Shown here piece by piece: positions 28,347 through 39,202 of a DNA stretch of 64,000 nt. Source of the stretch: an uncultured cyanobacterium (GTDB taxonomy: Bacteria; Cyanobacteriota; Cyanobacteriia; Cyanobacteriales; Nostocaceae). The stretch is taken from assembly GCA_963706595.1 (NCBI GenBank), contig OY970166.1, positions 1,824,001 through 1,888,000 on the forward strand, written 5' to 3'. The notes below the pieces were generated by a model. The model ran no database searches. It was given only the letters and a program-made list of their open reading frames with translations, and was not told the origin of the DNA. How positions within the stretch are numbered: position 1 is the first letter of the stretch; every line of letters begins with the position of its first letter. The translations under genes were made by a program, and so were the position numbers.

Positions 28347-29078
28347 TCATATTTCATCGGAAAAAGTCCCATTTTCGGCGCTGAATGGCGATGGTTCTGA
28401 CTGCAATTTAGTCTCAGGAATATTTTCTTCTACCTGATCGGTGTTGATGCGATCGCCATCTTTATCCTGATCAACAGCTTTCTGGAATCCTGGTTTTACA
28501 GATTTGAAATCCTGTTTAGTTTGTTCATAATCTTTTTGAATAAATTCCGTCGCTTGACTGATTTTTTCACTCAATCCTTCTGTATATTTCGGGGGATTTT
28601 GCACAGCTTTCTCTAAGACAATAACGCGCTTATCGCCTACACTCGAAATCATGATCGGTGCAAGTAAATATGTCCCTTCCATTAATCCCTGCCAACCATT
28701 CGGAGAGAACATATAATTAATCACATCTCCTGTTTCGCCATTGAATAACAAGTCAATGATTTTTCCGACTTTATTACCGCTATCCGACCACACCTCACTC
28801 CCCAGCACCGGGTTAACAGATTCAGTGATTTCTGAAGTGTGATTATCCTGATGGCTGACTAGAACGCTATCAGCACCAATCGCCTCAATTTGTTTCCAAG
28901 CAAAAGTTTTTTGCTTACTACCCAGCCATCCTGATTTACAGGTTAAACCCAAAATTCTTTGTGCCTGACTATCTACTAAAAGTCCTGACACACGACCAAC
29001 TTCTTCGACTGTTTCACGGTCAAGCACTAAACGTTTTAGCAAATCGCTGTGCTTTAAAACTTGAGATGGCGTAGACAT
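28347..29078 (-). CDS. PRC-barrel domain protein (two barrels)
   Basis: EEVGRVSGLLVD...AIGADSVLV and GNKVGKIIDLLF...SVGDKRVIV. Confidence 0.85.
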   Translation of the reverse strand: MSTPSQVLKHSDLLKRLVLDRETVEEVGRVSGLLVDSQAQRILGLTCKSGWLGSKQKTFAWKQIEAIGADSVLVSHQDNHTSEITESVNPVLGSEVWSDSGNKVGKIIDLLFNGETGDVINYMFSPNGWQGLMEGTYLLAPIMISSVGDKRVIVLEKAVQNPPKYTEGLSEKISQATEFIQKDYEQTKQDFKSVKPGFQKAVDQDKDGDRINTDQVEENIPETKLQSEPSPFSAENGTFSDEI

Positions 29079-29245
29079 ACTAAAAATACTTACCAAGTAT
29101 TAATGATTAATGATAACATTATACTCGCAATTTAATACCAATTTATCTGTATTAAGTTCTTGTGATTACCTGATCTTGACATTCTTGTAATTGCGAGTCA
29201 AATAATCCCAAGGCTAGTTACTGGAGTGAGAGGTCATAATTAACA

Positions 29246-29578
29246 ATGCGGATATTTTCCATTATTGCCATCTTGGTAGCATTATTAGCTGTAGTGTTTG
29301 CATTTCAAAATGCTGTTCCTATCAGCGTGACATTTTTCAATGTAATTTTTGAGGCTTCACTAGCAATTGTGCTAATTTTGACTCTGGGTCTAGGAATTTC
29401 AATAGGCTTACTAGTTTCAATTCCTAGTGTAATTCAACGAAATTTGCGAATTTCTAAATATAAGGGAAAAGTGGCTGAATTAGAGAATGAATCGCATAAA
29501 TATCTAGAAACAATCACCCATCAGCGACAAAGAATTGAAAACCTGGAAAGGCATCTAAATTTAAAGGAAAATCAATAG
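29246..29578 (+). CDS. LapA family (DUF1049) membrane protein
   Basis: VVFAFQNAVPISVTFF...SLAIVLIL followed by a coiled coil. Confidence 0.8.
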   Translation: MRIFSIIAILVALLAVVFAFQNAVPISVTFFNVIFEASLAIVLILTLGLGISIGLLVSIPSVIQRNLRISKYKGKVAELENESHKYLETITHQRQRIENLERHLNLKENQ

Positions 29579-29587
29579 GGAACGTCT

Positions 29588-32500
29588 CTAGAGGGGTTTC
29601 AGTTTACGCATATTTAAATTCTGTCGATGTCTAATTGGTATAACACCAGTTTTTGCAGGTGGGAAAGTCTGAATCTTTGTACTTTCGTTGAGGAGGAAGG
29701 GCAATAAAGCACCACTTCCAATTACAGCACTATCTACTATACTAATGGGGGTAATCTTTAACAGGTTTCTTAGCGGTGGGATGGCTACAGCTAAGAGTTG
29801 TACAGCAAATGAACCTGTAATGGCAGCATTTAAGTAAGGATTGTTGGGTAGTTTTTCTTGACTAAATATGCTGTGGGTTTCGGAACGGCTGCTAATTGTA
29901 TGCAGCAGTTGGGCGGTTGTTAAGGTCAGACAAGCAACTGTGCTAGCCCGCGCCCCGATGCCGTATTTGAGGATGGCATAGCTGTATGCTGCTAAGGTAC
30001 TGACAGATATTGTGGCTGACTCAAAGATAATTCTGCCAAAATCTGAGTTTTTGATGATTGGTTCATGAGGGTTGCGGGGTGGCTGACTCAATACGTCAGG
30101 TTCTGGTGCTTCCATAGCCAGGGATAAACCAGGGAAAATATCAGTGACTAAATTTAGCCACAGCAGTTGAATGGTATTCAAGGGTTGACCTAAACCAGCA
30201 GCTGTGGCGGTGGTCATGACCATGATTTCGCTGAGGTTGGTGGCGAGGAGGAAATGCACAGATTTTCTAATGTTGTTATAGATAGTCCGCCCTCGACTGA
30301 CAGCCATAATCATGGTTTCTAGTCGGTCATCTTCGAGGACGATATCTGCAACTTCACGCGCCACATCGGTTCCACCTTTACCCATTGCTACACCCACTTG
30401 TGCCGCCTTTAGTGCTGGTGCATCATTAATTCCATCGCCGGTCATGGCCACGACTTTTCCGGCTGCTTGCAAAGCCTGGACAATTTGCAGTTTATTACTA
30501 GGACTGATGCGGGCAAAAACGTTAACTTTTTCGCTGATTGCTGTCAGTGCCTCTGGTGTGAGATGATCAAGGTTAGTGGCATCGAGAATTTCTAGTTGGT
30601 CATTGCGACTCAATTCTAATTCTTGCGCGATCGCATCAGCAGTTGAACTTTGATCTCCGGTCATCATCACTGTTTCAATCCCAGCTTGATGAAACTCCCC
30701 AATCAATTTTTTCACACCAACTCGAATTGGGTCTGTCATCGCCACTAAACCCAGCCAGATCAGGTCTGTTTCATAATTATTGCCGTTGTGATCATGATCA
30801 ATATGGCTGTAGGCTACTCCCAAGACGCGCAGTGCTTTTCCAGCCAAGCTTTCGTTTTCCATTTCAATTTCCCGCCGATCTTTTGCTGTTAAAGGCACGA
30901 CTTGGCCATTCTTCATCCACCATTGACATATCTCAATCATTTCGGCGGGATTACCTTTAACTGCAATCAATTTGTGGTGATTGTCAATCTCATGAATTGT
31001 ACTCATGAGGTTACGGTTTTCGCTTCGCAAGTTGGTTTCTAGCAATTCATACTTTTGTCTGAGTTGAATAACATCAACTCCAGCACTAATTGCCAAATTA
31101 ATCAAAGCATTTTCTGTTGGCGAACCTGTAACCACATACTCACCATTCTCCTGTTGACTGACTTCACTTTCATTGCAGAGAACCGATATATGAATCAGCT
31201 TTAACAGTTCATCATTGCTATAGGGGTTAATATTTTCTGACCCCACTGTAATTTGTTGAGTGGTTGTCCGAATTTCCACCACTAACATTTTATTTTCGGT
31301 AATTGTCCCAGTTTTATCCAAGCAAATTGTCTGTACAGAACCCAAAGCTTCCACCGCGCTGAGACTGCGAACTAGGACATTATTCTTCCTCATTTCACGG
31401 ATACCTAAAGCGAGAGTTGTGGTAGCAATTGTGGGTAAACCTTCGGGAACCGCAGCTACTGCGAGAGATATAGATGATTGCATCATCGCCAAGAAACCAT
31501 ACCCTCGCAGCACTCCCAAACCAAAGACCAAACTGCAAATTCCCAAGCCGATTAAAACCAGTTGACTTCCCACCTGATCTAATTGTCTTTTTAGGGGAGT
31601 ATCTATAGAGGTAGCCTCATTCACAAGTTGTTGGATTTTGCCCATTTCTGTAAATTTACCTGTGGCTACCACCACAGCCAGTCCTTGACCGCCAGTAACA
31701 AAAGTCCCCTTATAAACCATGTTCAGGCGATCAGCTAAGGGGATGTTTTCACCAGACAAAGGCGCAATAGTTTTTAGAATGGGAATACTTTCGCCAGTCA
31801 GAGCAGATTCGTCTACACTCAAGTTATCAGCTGCGATAATTCGGGCATCTGCGGCTATGTAACTACCAGATTTGATCCATAAAATGTCTCCGACAACCAC
31901 ATTTTCTGTAGGGATTTCTATCTGCTGATTTTCTCTAATTACCCCAGTTAATATTTGTTCTTGATTTTGGAGAGATTGAATTATTTTTGCTGATTGGCTT
32001 TCTGTGACGTATCCAATCGCTGCATTCAAACCAACCACACCCATAATCACGATAGCATCTATCATCCCGCCAGTTACAAGGGCAATTCCCGCCGCCGCCC
32101 CTAGTAACGCAACTGGCAAAGATTTAAACTGGTCAATTAAAATATTTGCAGAGGAACGGGTTGGGATTGCAGATAAGATATTATAACCATATTGAGTGAG
32201 ATTTATTGTGGCAGACTCATCAGATAATCCTGATGTTTTGGAAGTATTTAATGTATCTATAACTCTATCTACTGTAATTAAATGCCAATTATCGCTTTTT
32301 TGCTCTTTGGGATTCTGATTTTTTAAAGATTTTGGCAGGTTTTTGGTTTGAGATAAAGTAGACTTTTTCTGATAATTTTTGACAGTTTTATCAATGAGTA
32401 AGCCGATGTTCTGCCAGCTATGTTCAGCTTTGAAACTAACCAGAATATTACTCGTTAATGAATTAGCGCAAACATACAATATTTCTGGGTAATTGGCAAG

Positions 32501-32599
32501 CGATCGCTCCAAATATCGAGCTAAAGATGGTGAATGATAAAGTTGATTAACTTTGTATCTAGCTCTCCCTTTAACTTTAGTGTGTATTGCTTGAATCAC
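29588..32599 (-). CDS. Cation-transporting P-type ATPase (type II, Ca2+-like) with N-terminal HMA2-like domain
   Basis: TGES, PEGL, DKTGT, TGD, GDGIND, LWLNLVTD. Confidence 0.93.
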   Translation of the reverse strand: MIQAIHTKVKGRARYKVNQLYHSPSLARYLERSLANYPEILYVCANSLTSNILVSFKAEHSWQNIGLLIDKTVKNYQKKSTLSQTKNLPKSLKNQNPKEQKSDNWHLITVDRVIDTLNTSKTSGLSDESATINLTQYGYNILSAIPTRSSANILIDQFKSLPVALLGAAAGIALVTGGMIDAIVIMGVVGLNAAIGYVTESQSAKIIQSLQNQEQILTGVIRENQQIEIPTENVVVGDILWIKSGSYIAADARIIAADNLSVDESALTGESIPILKTIAPLSGENIPLADRLNMVYKGTFVTGGQGLAVVVATGKFTEMGKIQQLVNEATSIDTPLKRQLDQVGSQLVLIGLGICSLVFGLGVLRGYGFLAMMQSSISLAVAAVPEGLPTIATTTLALGIREMRKNNVLVRSLSAVEALGSVQTICLDKTGTITENKMLVVEIRTTTQQITVGSENINPYSNDELLKLIHISVLCNESEVSQQENGEYVVTGSPTENALINLAISAGVDVIQLRQKYELLETNLRSENRNLMSTIHEIDNHHKLIAVKGNPAEMIEICQWWMKNGQVVPLTAKDRREIEMENESLAGKALRVLGVAYSHIDHDHNGNNYETDLIWLGLVAMTDPIRVGVKKLIGEFHQAGIETVMMTGDQSSTADAIAQELELSRNDQLEILDATNLDHLTPEALTAISEKVNVFARISPSNKLQIVQALQAAGKVVAMTGDGINDAPALKAAQVGVAMGKGGTDVAREVADIVLEDDRLETMIMAVSRGRTIYNNIRKSVHFLLATNLSEIMVMTTATAAGLGQPLNTIQLLWLNLVTDIFPGLSLAMEAPEPDVLSQPPRNPHEPIIKNSDFGRIIFESATISVSTLAAYSYAILKYGIGARASTVACLTLTTAQLLHTISSRSETHSIFSQEKLPNNPYLNAAITGSFAVQLLAVAIPPLRNLLKITPISIVDSAVIGSGALLPFLLNESTKIQTFPPAKTGVIPIRHRQNLNMRKLKPL

Positions 32600-32657
32600 A
32601 GCAATTTTTTCTCCTGTAACGCCCCTATAAACTCAGCCTATTTTATTTATTTTAACT

Positions 32658-32911
32658 TATAGGACTCATATTTGATTTATGAAACACAAGTAGGGTGTGT
32701 TCTCACGAAGTGGAACGCACCAAGACCACAGAAGACGGTGCGTAAAGCCATAACACACCCTACTGGCGTGACAAGGCTAAAATGTTGCAATAGATTTTTG
32801 AGAAAATCGAGATAAATCAATGTTGTCTGCTTTTTCCTAATGCCCCATTTTAAGCTTGCCACGCTACTACATATACTTAGATTTTTTCAATAATCAAATC
32901 GGATTCCTATA
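32658..32911. mobile_element. Second copy of the 147-bp MITE, carrying a nested 103-bp MITE (32764-32866) with CTAC duplication
   Basis: Sequence identical to 4941-5087 except for the insert; insert TIRs match 17/21; flanked by CTAC on both sides. Confidence 0.85.
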
Positions 32912-33006
32912 TATGCTCAATCATTATTATAGTTACCAGATTCAACCTGATGAATACGTCAACGATTAAAACTTGCAAAACCTCACTATTCCTATAGTAT
33001 ACTTAC

Positions 33007-33552
33007 CTAATCTTTGGGTAAGCTTACTAATTTTAACTCGTCTTGATTATTAAGTTTCACAAAGCTATAAAAAGCAAACCATGCCAATATATACCAGGGA
33101 ATTTCTGCAAATTGCCAACCCTGTTTTAGCAATTGTCGAATAGCAAATAAACTCAAACTTAGAGGCACTAGCAACCGCAAATCTACAACACCATTTGTCA
33201 TTCTATCAACATCGGCATTCAAATCAGACATGACATTTACAAAATCCTGAGCCACCGAGGATCTACCATCTGTCAAATACTTCTGGGTAGTTTTATGCTG
33301 AAAACTCTGCCGTGTTTCTGGCGTAAAATTGGTATTTACTTCTGCTGCCTTATTTTCCAATTCCTCAATTGCTTCTCCAACTACTTCTTGACACCTTTCA
33401 AATAAAGCCATACCCTCTTTTATACTACTTCTGATGACAGGTTGTTTTACAGCTTCAGCAACAGGAATAATTAGAGGTGAGAAAATTATTGTTACCAGAC
33501 TATCGACAATTTCAGGGACATTAACTTGTTGCCAGTCGAAGGTAGATGTCAT
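33007..33552 (-). CDS. Hypothetical protein associated with the P-type ATPase (DUF5132/HMA2-cluster-like)
   Basis: C-terminal DLRLLVPL...IPWYILAWFAF motif; upstream of and co-oriented with the ATPase. Confidence 0.6.
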   Translation of the reverse strand: MTSTFDWQQVNVPEIVDSLVTIIFSPLIIPVAEAVKQPVIRSSIKEGMALFERCQEVVGEAIEELENKAAEVNTNFTPETRQSFQHKTTQKYLTDGRSSVAQDFVNVMSDLNADVDRMTNGVVDLRLLVPLSLSLFAIRQLLKQGWQFAEIPWYILAWFAFYSFVKLNNQDELKLVSLPKD

Positions 33553-33737
33553 CTGTAAATTTTCTCCGCAAGTAGGGCATCCATATATCAAGATTGATTA
33601 AATTTACTTTGATTTACATCAGCCTAAAGTCGCAAAATCAGATCCTATGTGGTTATTTTCGATGTAGTTTCTCCCTGGCAAACAACGGTTATTTTCCCCG
33701 CCTAGTGATAACATAACTTTTACAACGTCACAACTGG

Positions 33738-33841
33738 CTAGTACCGCAAGGCGGAAGTCAAAAGTCAAAAGTCAAAAAGCTTATAAAATGGGCTTTTCAT
33801 CGATTTTGAATGGTCTGTTTATTTACGCCGACTTGTACTAG
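33738..33841. mobile_element. MITE-like element with CTAGTAC/GTACTAG ends (degenerate relative near 55105-55225)
   Basis: ctagtaccgcaaggcg...tatttacgccgacttgtactag, with internal (aagtcaa)n. Confidence 0.65.
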
Positions 33842-33877
33842 GTTCAGTCCACTGCATAGCGTTGTTATCCTGCAAGG

Positions 33878-34189
33878 CTACCTTTGTGATTTCCGCCAAC
33901 CATTGGCGATCGCCTCTGACTCTGTACAAAACCACCTTTCTCCACGGGCTGGATTGATCACTGTTGATTCATAATATTTCATACCTGGAAGGTGATAGAT
34001 TTTACTACCTGTCTTCATGGAGATATTACCTTTGATATTGCATTCTGATTTTTTGTCTAATTTTTTAATTGATGTAATCAGAGAAGGAGAAGGACTAGGA
34101 CTTGACTTCATTGTAGGAAGGGCAACTACAAGCAAAATCCCGATAATAACAAAATTTGTGAATAGACCTTTCTTAATAAAAAGTTCCAT
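33878..34189 (-). CDS. Small secreted protein with CNIKGNIS...YHLPG...ERWFCTE domain (ExoI/nuclease-associated)
   Basis: Signal/TM helix followed by the conserved motif. Confidence 0.75.
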   Translation of the reverse strand: MELFIKKGLFTNFVIIGILLVVALPTMKSSPSPSPSLITSIKKLDKKSECNIKGNISMKTGSKIYHLPGMKYYESTVINPARGERWFCTESEAIANGWRKSQR

Positions 34190-34638
34190 GAAATAACCTC
34201 ATAAGGATTAAGTAAATTGGCGAGAATAAAGGTAACTATGTAAAGTAATGTAAAAATATGGTAATTTAGCTCGTAGTAATTGCTCTCAGCCCTTAATTCA
34301 GGACTAAAGTCCTGACTACAAACCTTTTACCTCTAGGGGTATACATGGAAAAAATAACATTTAGCAGAATTATACCTCTAGACTCAGGTAATTAATCACA
34401 AACATCCTTAATACTAATAAGAGGCTTTATAGCAATTATCCAAAATCGAGCCAGAAACATAAATTAATTCTAAGTTTCTTCATAATGAATTAAGAATTGC
34501 TATTACTAGCTTTTGGAGATTATGCCTAGTAATTTTTCCCAATGAAACCGAGCAAAGTTTTGATTACAAACTCGCTGCTCCATAGAATTTAAACTTCAAA
34601 GATGATTAGTCTAGAAAAGTGAGATACATAAAAGAATC

Positions 34639-35088
34639 ATGACAACTTCTACACACCGAGAGCAACAAATTCAAAAACTGCGTGAACTGATTGCAGATAT
34701 TAACTGTGGGATGTTAACCACAATTGATCAAAATGGCTGTTTGCACAGTTGTCCCATGTACAAAAGCGGTGATATTAGCACCGATGGCGCAATCTGCTTC
34801 TTTACCTCCGCCAATACTCAAAAAGCGAATGATATTAAACGCAATCAGCAGGTAAACATTAGTTTCACATCACCTGACCAGCAGCGATATGTTTCCGTAT
34901 CAGGTACAGCAGAACTGATTAAAGACTCTAACAAAATGCAAGAACAATGGCAACCAGAACTTGATACTTGGCTACCCAAAGGACTAGAGGAACCCGACTT
35001 AGTTTTACTCCAAGTAAATATTCACAAAGTAGATTATTGGGATACTCCATCAAGCATTCACCCCCAAACCATTGGAGTTAATTCCTGA
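34639..35088 (+). CDS. General stress protein, pyridoxamine 5'-phosphate oxidase-like (YdaG/GSP26)
   Basis: GMLTT...LHSCPM...YVSVSGTA...W.P.L..W.PKG.E.P...YWD. Confidence 0.85.
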   Translation: MTTSTHREQQIQKLRELIADINCGMLTTIDQNGCLHSCPMYKSGDISTDGAICFFTSANTQKANDIKRNQQVNISFTSPDQQRYVSVSGTAELIKDSNKMQEQWQPELDTWLPKGLEEPDLVLLQVNIHKVDYWDTPSSIHPQTIGVNS

Positions 35089-35153
35089 TAAATCCATCGT
35101 CAATTCGCTTCGCTCCAATTCAAAATACACAAATCGAAAAACCTTTCATTTAG

Positions 35154-35336
35154 GTAGGGTGTGTTATGGACTTTAGTCCTAACGCACCGATATAGCTGGG
35201 GAGTAGGGAGTAGGGAGTGGGGAGTGGGTTAAAAGCCGAATGGTGTCTAAGTTTGATTATCCGTTGATGTCTTAACCTCCTTGGCGGTTGCTATAATTTA
35301 GGATGGTGCGTTGCGCTGCGCGACAACACACCCTAC
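35154..35336. repeat. GTAGGGTG...CACCCTAC REP-like doublet containing a TATAGC/GCTATA-ended insert (35191-35295) with STRR heptamers
   Basis: Outer arms match the doublet in the 147-bp MITE; the inner segment has its own inverted ends. Confidence 0.7.
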
Positions 35337-35368
35337 AAAAAAAGGATTGGGAAGAAACGCATAGGGAA

Positions 35369-35839
35369 TCAAACGCTCACAGGCGCTTCCCTGGTATAGC
35401 GTCCCATTAGTTCTACAGCTTCTAAAATGTGACCTTTCATAGCTGCCAACAGTTCAGTTTTGCTCGCCCTTGGTGGCAATCCTAATAATTGATCAAGGGC
35501 GTAGAGTTTAAAAAAGTAGCGATGGGTTCCATCAGGTGGACAGGGACCACCATAACCCAACTCACCAAAATCATTTACCCCCTGAACACCGCCATGAGGT
35601 AAATGAGGCTCTTTTGTGATTCCTTCTGGTAGGTGACGCAGATTAGCAGGTAAATCGTAGACTACCCAGTGCGTGAAAGTTTCTTTGGGAGCATCAGGAT
35701 CTTCCATTACCAATGCAAAACTGACTGTCCCTGGGGGGGGACTATCCCAAGCTAGGGGAGGGGCAATATTTTCGCCATCGCAAGTGTATTTGAAGGGAAT
35801 TGTACTGCCGATGAAAAAAGCCAGGCTTTGAAGTTCCAT
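35369..35839 (-). CDS. YbhB/YbcL (PEBP/RKIP-like) protein
   Basis: EDPDAP..FTHWV, YGGPCPP, HRYFFKLYALD. Confidence 0.93.
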   Translation of the reverse strand: MELQSLAFFIGSTIPFKYTCDGENIAPPLAWDSPPPGTVSFALVMEDPDAPKETFTHWVVYDLPANLRHLPEGITKEPHLPHGGVQGVNDFGELGYGGPCPPDGTHRYFFKLYALDQLLGLPPRASKTELLAAMKGHILEAVELMGRYTREAPVSV

Positions 35840-35853
35840 AAGCGATGAATAAT

Positions 35854-36072
35854 TTAGTTTTTTTGGTTTAGTTCTAGTTCACCTTGGGGATAAGAATGTT
35901 CTATCTGTTGGTTTAAACTTTGGGCCATCTCCACGGCGACAAGAATTAATTGCTGTTCCATGCGTCCACTGCTGCCTTCATCACTGACTTTTGGGTAAAT
36001 ATGCGGGTTGGATAGCATGGCGGCTAACAACTGAGATGCCGTTTGTTTGAGTTGATCAACTTGTGAGTTCAT
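35854..36072 (-). CDS. Small hypothetical protein
   Basis: MNSQVDQLKQTASQLLAAMLSNPHIY...; sits inside a co-oriented cluster. Confidence 0.6.
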   Translation of the reverse strand: MNSQVDQLKQTASQLLAAMLSNPHIYPKVSDEGSSGRMEQQLILVAVEMAQSLNQQIEHSYPQGELELNQKN

Positions 36073-36082
36073 AGGCTTATTC

Positions 36083-36723
36083 CTACCAGCCCAATGGCGG
36101 TTCAATCATGGTCTGCTCTGACTTACCAGCCCGAACGCCTGGCTTATCAAAAATCTTGACGGTGGTGGCTTGGGTCCTTCTTCGCCTTCTACAAAGGAAA
36201 AATGCACGGCTGTGCCAATTTCTAAGCGCTCAAAGTCATGATGGATCACACTGTTACGGTGGAAGTAGATTTCATGACCGTCCAAAGTTTTCAAGAAGCC
36301 ATAGCCTCGATCTTTAAACAGTTTGGTGATTAGTGCGGTTGTTTCCTCCCCTTCTTCTTGATTGTGAGCGTAATCGCTTTCATGTTGGCGTTGGTTGAGT
36401 TTGACTAGTTGCTGACGCGCGGCATTGAAAGTATCTCGAATCACCGCGTCTAAAGGGTCGTATTGGTTACTTTCTGAGGGATTTCTTTCTGCTACCAGTT
36501 CGTGACCAGGCGGTACAGTCAGATCAATCCGCACGCGGTAAGGTGAACCACTGCGGGGGCGATCATGTACCTTTTCAATGGCAATATGGCAGCTACTGAT
36601 GCGATCGCAAACATTTTCTAGTTTGGCGATTTTTTCATGTACTAGGTGATCAATCGCAGTTGTTTTTTCAAGATTGCGATAAGTAATTTCTGGTGGTATT
36701 TTCATATTTTTGTCAGATTCCAA
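36083..36723 (-). CDS. HPF/RaiA ribosome-associated domain + cold-shock domain fusion; -1 frameshift near 36173
   Basis: RaiA-like N-terminus; CSD GYGFL..DGHEIYFHRNSV. Adding one C restores ...EEGPQATTVKIFDKPG...PPLGW*. Confidence 0.8.
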
Positions 36724-36774
36724 ATAGGCTATGGGCGAAAATCAATTTTGATATTCCCAAAGGCCAAAGCTGAT

Positions 36775-37437
36775 TTAGGTAAGAGATAATGGTTGATGGC
36801 TGTTTTGGGCTTTTGCTAGCAGCTGACGAACTTGATCATCTGTTGTTTGGGGAAAGTCTTCGTACCATAAACCCACACTATAAAAGGGGTCGGGTGTGGC
36901 AACGCAGACAATTTCATCCACCGCAACTTGTAACTCTTGGCAAGTGGCGCTAGCCGCTACGGGTACAGCAATGACAATTTTCGCGGGGTGCTGTCGCCGC
37001 ACAGATGCTACCGCCGCCCACATAGTTGCACCTGTGGCTAAACCATCATCTACTAAGATGACTATGCGTCCTTCTAAATCCAGGTCAGCGCGATCGCCTC
37101 GATAAAGACGTTCCCGACGTTCTAATTCTCGTTCTTCTTGCGCCGCTACTCTAGCAATTGTGTCTTCGGAGATGTTCACCAAGTTGATAATATGTTCATT
37201 AATAATCCGGACTCCGCCGGATGCGATCGCCCCCATTGCCAGTTCTTCTTGTTCAGGCACACCCAGTTTACGCACCACCAGCACATCTAAGGGTGCATTT
37301 AAGGCTTTGGCAACTTCAAAGGCAACTGGTACACCACCCCTGGGTAGAGCTAATATGATCGCATCTGAGCGATTAGCATAGTCTGCTAACTCTCCGGCTA
37401 AAATTTGACCTGCTATTATGCGATTTTTGAATAGCAT
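36775..37437 (-). CDS. Phosphoribosyltransferase family protein
   Basis: LPRGGVPVA, VILVDDGLATGAT. Confidence 0.9.
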   Translation of the reverse strand: MLFKNRIIAGQILAGELADYANRSDAIILALPRGGVPVAFEVAKALNAPLDVLVVRKLGVPEQEELAMGAIASGGVRIINEHIINLVNISEDTIARVAAQEERELERRERLYRGDRADLDLEGRIVILVDDGLATGATMWAAVASVRRQHPAKIVIAVPVAASATCQELQVAVDEIVCVATPDPFYSVGLWYEDFPQTTDDQVRQLLAKAQNSHQPLSLT

Positions 37438-37770
37438 GGTATTACTCTCCTGATATTTGTCTCAAAAATGAGGTTTTATATATTAACGGGCAATTTTTCC
37501 TCTAGATTTATTTCAGTGCCTAACTAGTGATGGTTACTCATACCAGTCATCCAGTCTTGCTACTATCTCTTAATTGATCATATAAAGCTATACATTAAAT
37601 GACCTCTGACTAACGAGGCGAGATCATCAATCTACCGATCTATCGAATGGAAGATATCCAGAAAATACAGAACCTCACCCCCAACCCCTCTCCTTAGTAA
37701 GGAGAGGGGAGACTTTGACGCAAGTCAAAGACGGGGTGAGGTCAATTCTCTACTCCTGATTCCCATGGAC

Positions 37771-38364
37771 TTACGGACGTTCTTCAATTACACGGTCAAT
37801 TAAACCGTATTCTTTGGCTTCAGCAGCAGACATGAAAAAGTCACGATCCATATCTTTTTCAATCTTAGATATATCCTGACCAGTCTTATCAGCATAAATA
37901 CCGTTTAGCTGGTGACGAATTCGCAGAATTTCTCTAGCTTCAATTTCGATATCGCTGGCTTGTCCACGAGTACCACCAGAGGGCTGGTGAATCATAATCC
38001 GAGAATGAGGCAATGCCATTCTTTTACCCTTGGTACCGGCTGCTAACAGGAATGATCCCATTGAGGCGGCTAAACCGACGCAAATTGTCACCACATCTGA
38101 TTTGATGTGTTGCATGGTGTCAAAAATTGCCATGCCGGATGTCACCATACCACCGGGGGAATTTATGTATAAATAAATATCCTTACCTGGATCATCTGAA
38201 TCCAGATACAGCATGACCGCGATAATTTGGTTAGCAATTTCATCATCAACATCTCGTCCCAGGAAAATAATCCGTTCCCGGTAAAGGCGATCGTAAATAC
38301 TAATCCAATCTGTATATTGTCCTCCGGGCATCCGGTAAGGAACTTTAGGAACACCTATAGGCAT
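37771..38364 (-). CDS. clpP: Clp protease proteolytic subunit (ClpP3-type)
   Basis: [17 protein letters not shown] (catalytic Ser), MIHQP, DRDFF. Confidence 0.95.
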   Translation of the reverse strand: MPIGVPKVPYRMPGGQYTDWISIYDRLYRERIIFLGRDVDDEIANQIIAVMLYLDSDDPGKDIYLYINSPGGMVTSGMAIFDTMQHIKSDVVTICVGLAASMGSFLLAAGTKGKRMALPHSRIMIHQPSGGTRGQASDIEIEAREILRIRHQLNGIYADKTGQDISKIEKDMDRDFFMSAAEAKEYGLIDRVIEERP

Positions 38365-38452
38365 CTTCGTTACTCCGCTTGTAATTTAGTCATTAGTCGT
38401 TAGTCATTAGTCATTGGTGAATTTCCCCAAGCAGAATGACTATCCACAGTAC

Positions 38453-39115
38453 TTAGAGAACACTGGCAGGTAAGGGGGGATTGGCGAGTTCTTCTTTCTC
38501 AAAAACTCGGTCAATCAAACCATATTCCTTGGCTTCATAAGGAGTCATGTATAACAGACGATCCATGTCCTTGGTAATTTTCTCAGGTGCTTTTCCTGTG
38601 GTACTAGCCAGAATATCAACTAAGGAAACTTTGTTGATCAGAACTTCCCTGGCTCGAATTTGAATATCCGTTGCTTGACCTTGGGCGTAGCTCTTCGGTT
38701 GATGCAGGATAATAGAGGAATGGGGCAAACTGGCGCGGCAACCTTTTGTGCCAGCACTGAGTAGCATCGCTGCCATACCCATGGCCGAACCAATACAAAT
38801 GGTGTGGATGGGAGGCTTGATGTATTTCATCGTGTCATAGATGGCGAAGGCTTCGGTTTCAAAGCCAATGGGTTCACCACTATAGCCGGAAGTACCCGTG
38901 GAGTTGATATAGATTTTAATGGGCTTTTCGGGGTCTTCGGACTGTAAATAAAGCAATTCGGCAATAATTAATTCCGTAACCGCCGGCACTAATGGCATTC
39001 CCAGATAGACAATTCGTTCCTTGATTAATAAGGAAGGTAAATCTGGCGGCGGTGTCCGGTAAAAACTATCACCTTGGTAAGGGGCTTGAACAGCCTTGAT
39101 GGGGGAATTGTCCAT
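38453..39115 (-). CDS. clpR: Non-catalytic Clp subunit ClpR
   Basis: RTPPPDLPSLL; catalytic Ser absent (GSAMGMAA); upstream of clpP3. Confidence 0.9.
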   Translation of the reverse strand: MDNSPIKAVQAPYQGDSFYRTPPPDLPSLLIKERIVYLGMPLVPAVTELIIAELLYLQSEDPEKPIKIYINSTGTSGYSGEPIGFETEAFAIYDTMKYIKPPIHTICIGSAMGMAAMLLSAGTKGCRASLPHSSIILHQPKSYAQGQATDIQIRAREVLINKVSLVDILASTTGKAPEKITKDMDRLLYMTPYEAKEYGLIDRVFEKEELANPPLPASVL

Positions 39116-39202
39116 AGCAACTGATCGCCTGAAAGTATGCCGTTAACTGTAATACATCCTAACGCGATGCTAGCCTACATCAAGTGTGGATTTCTCGCTA
39201 AT

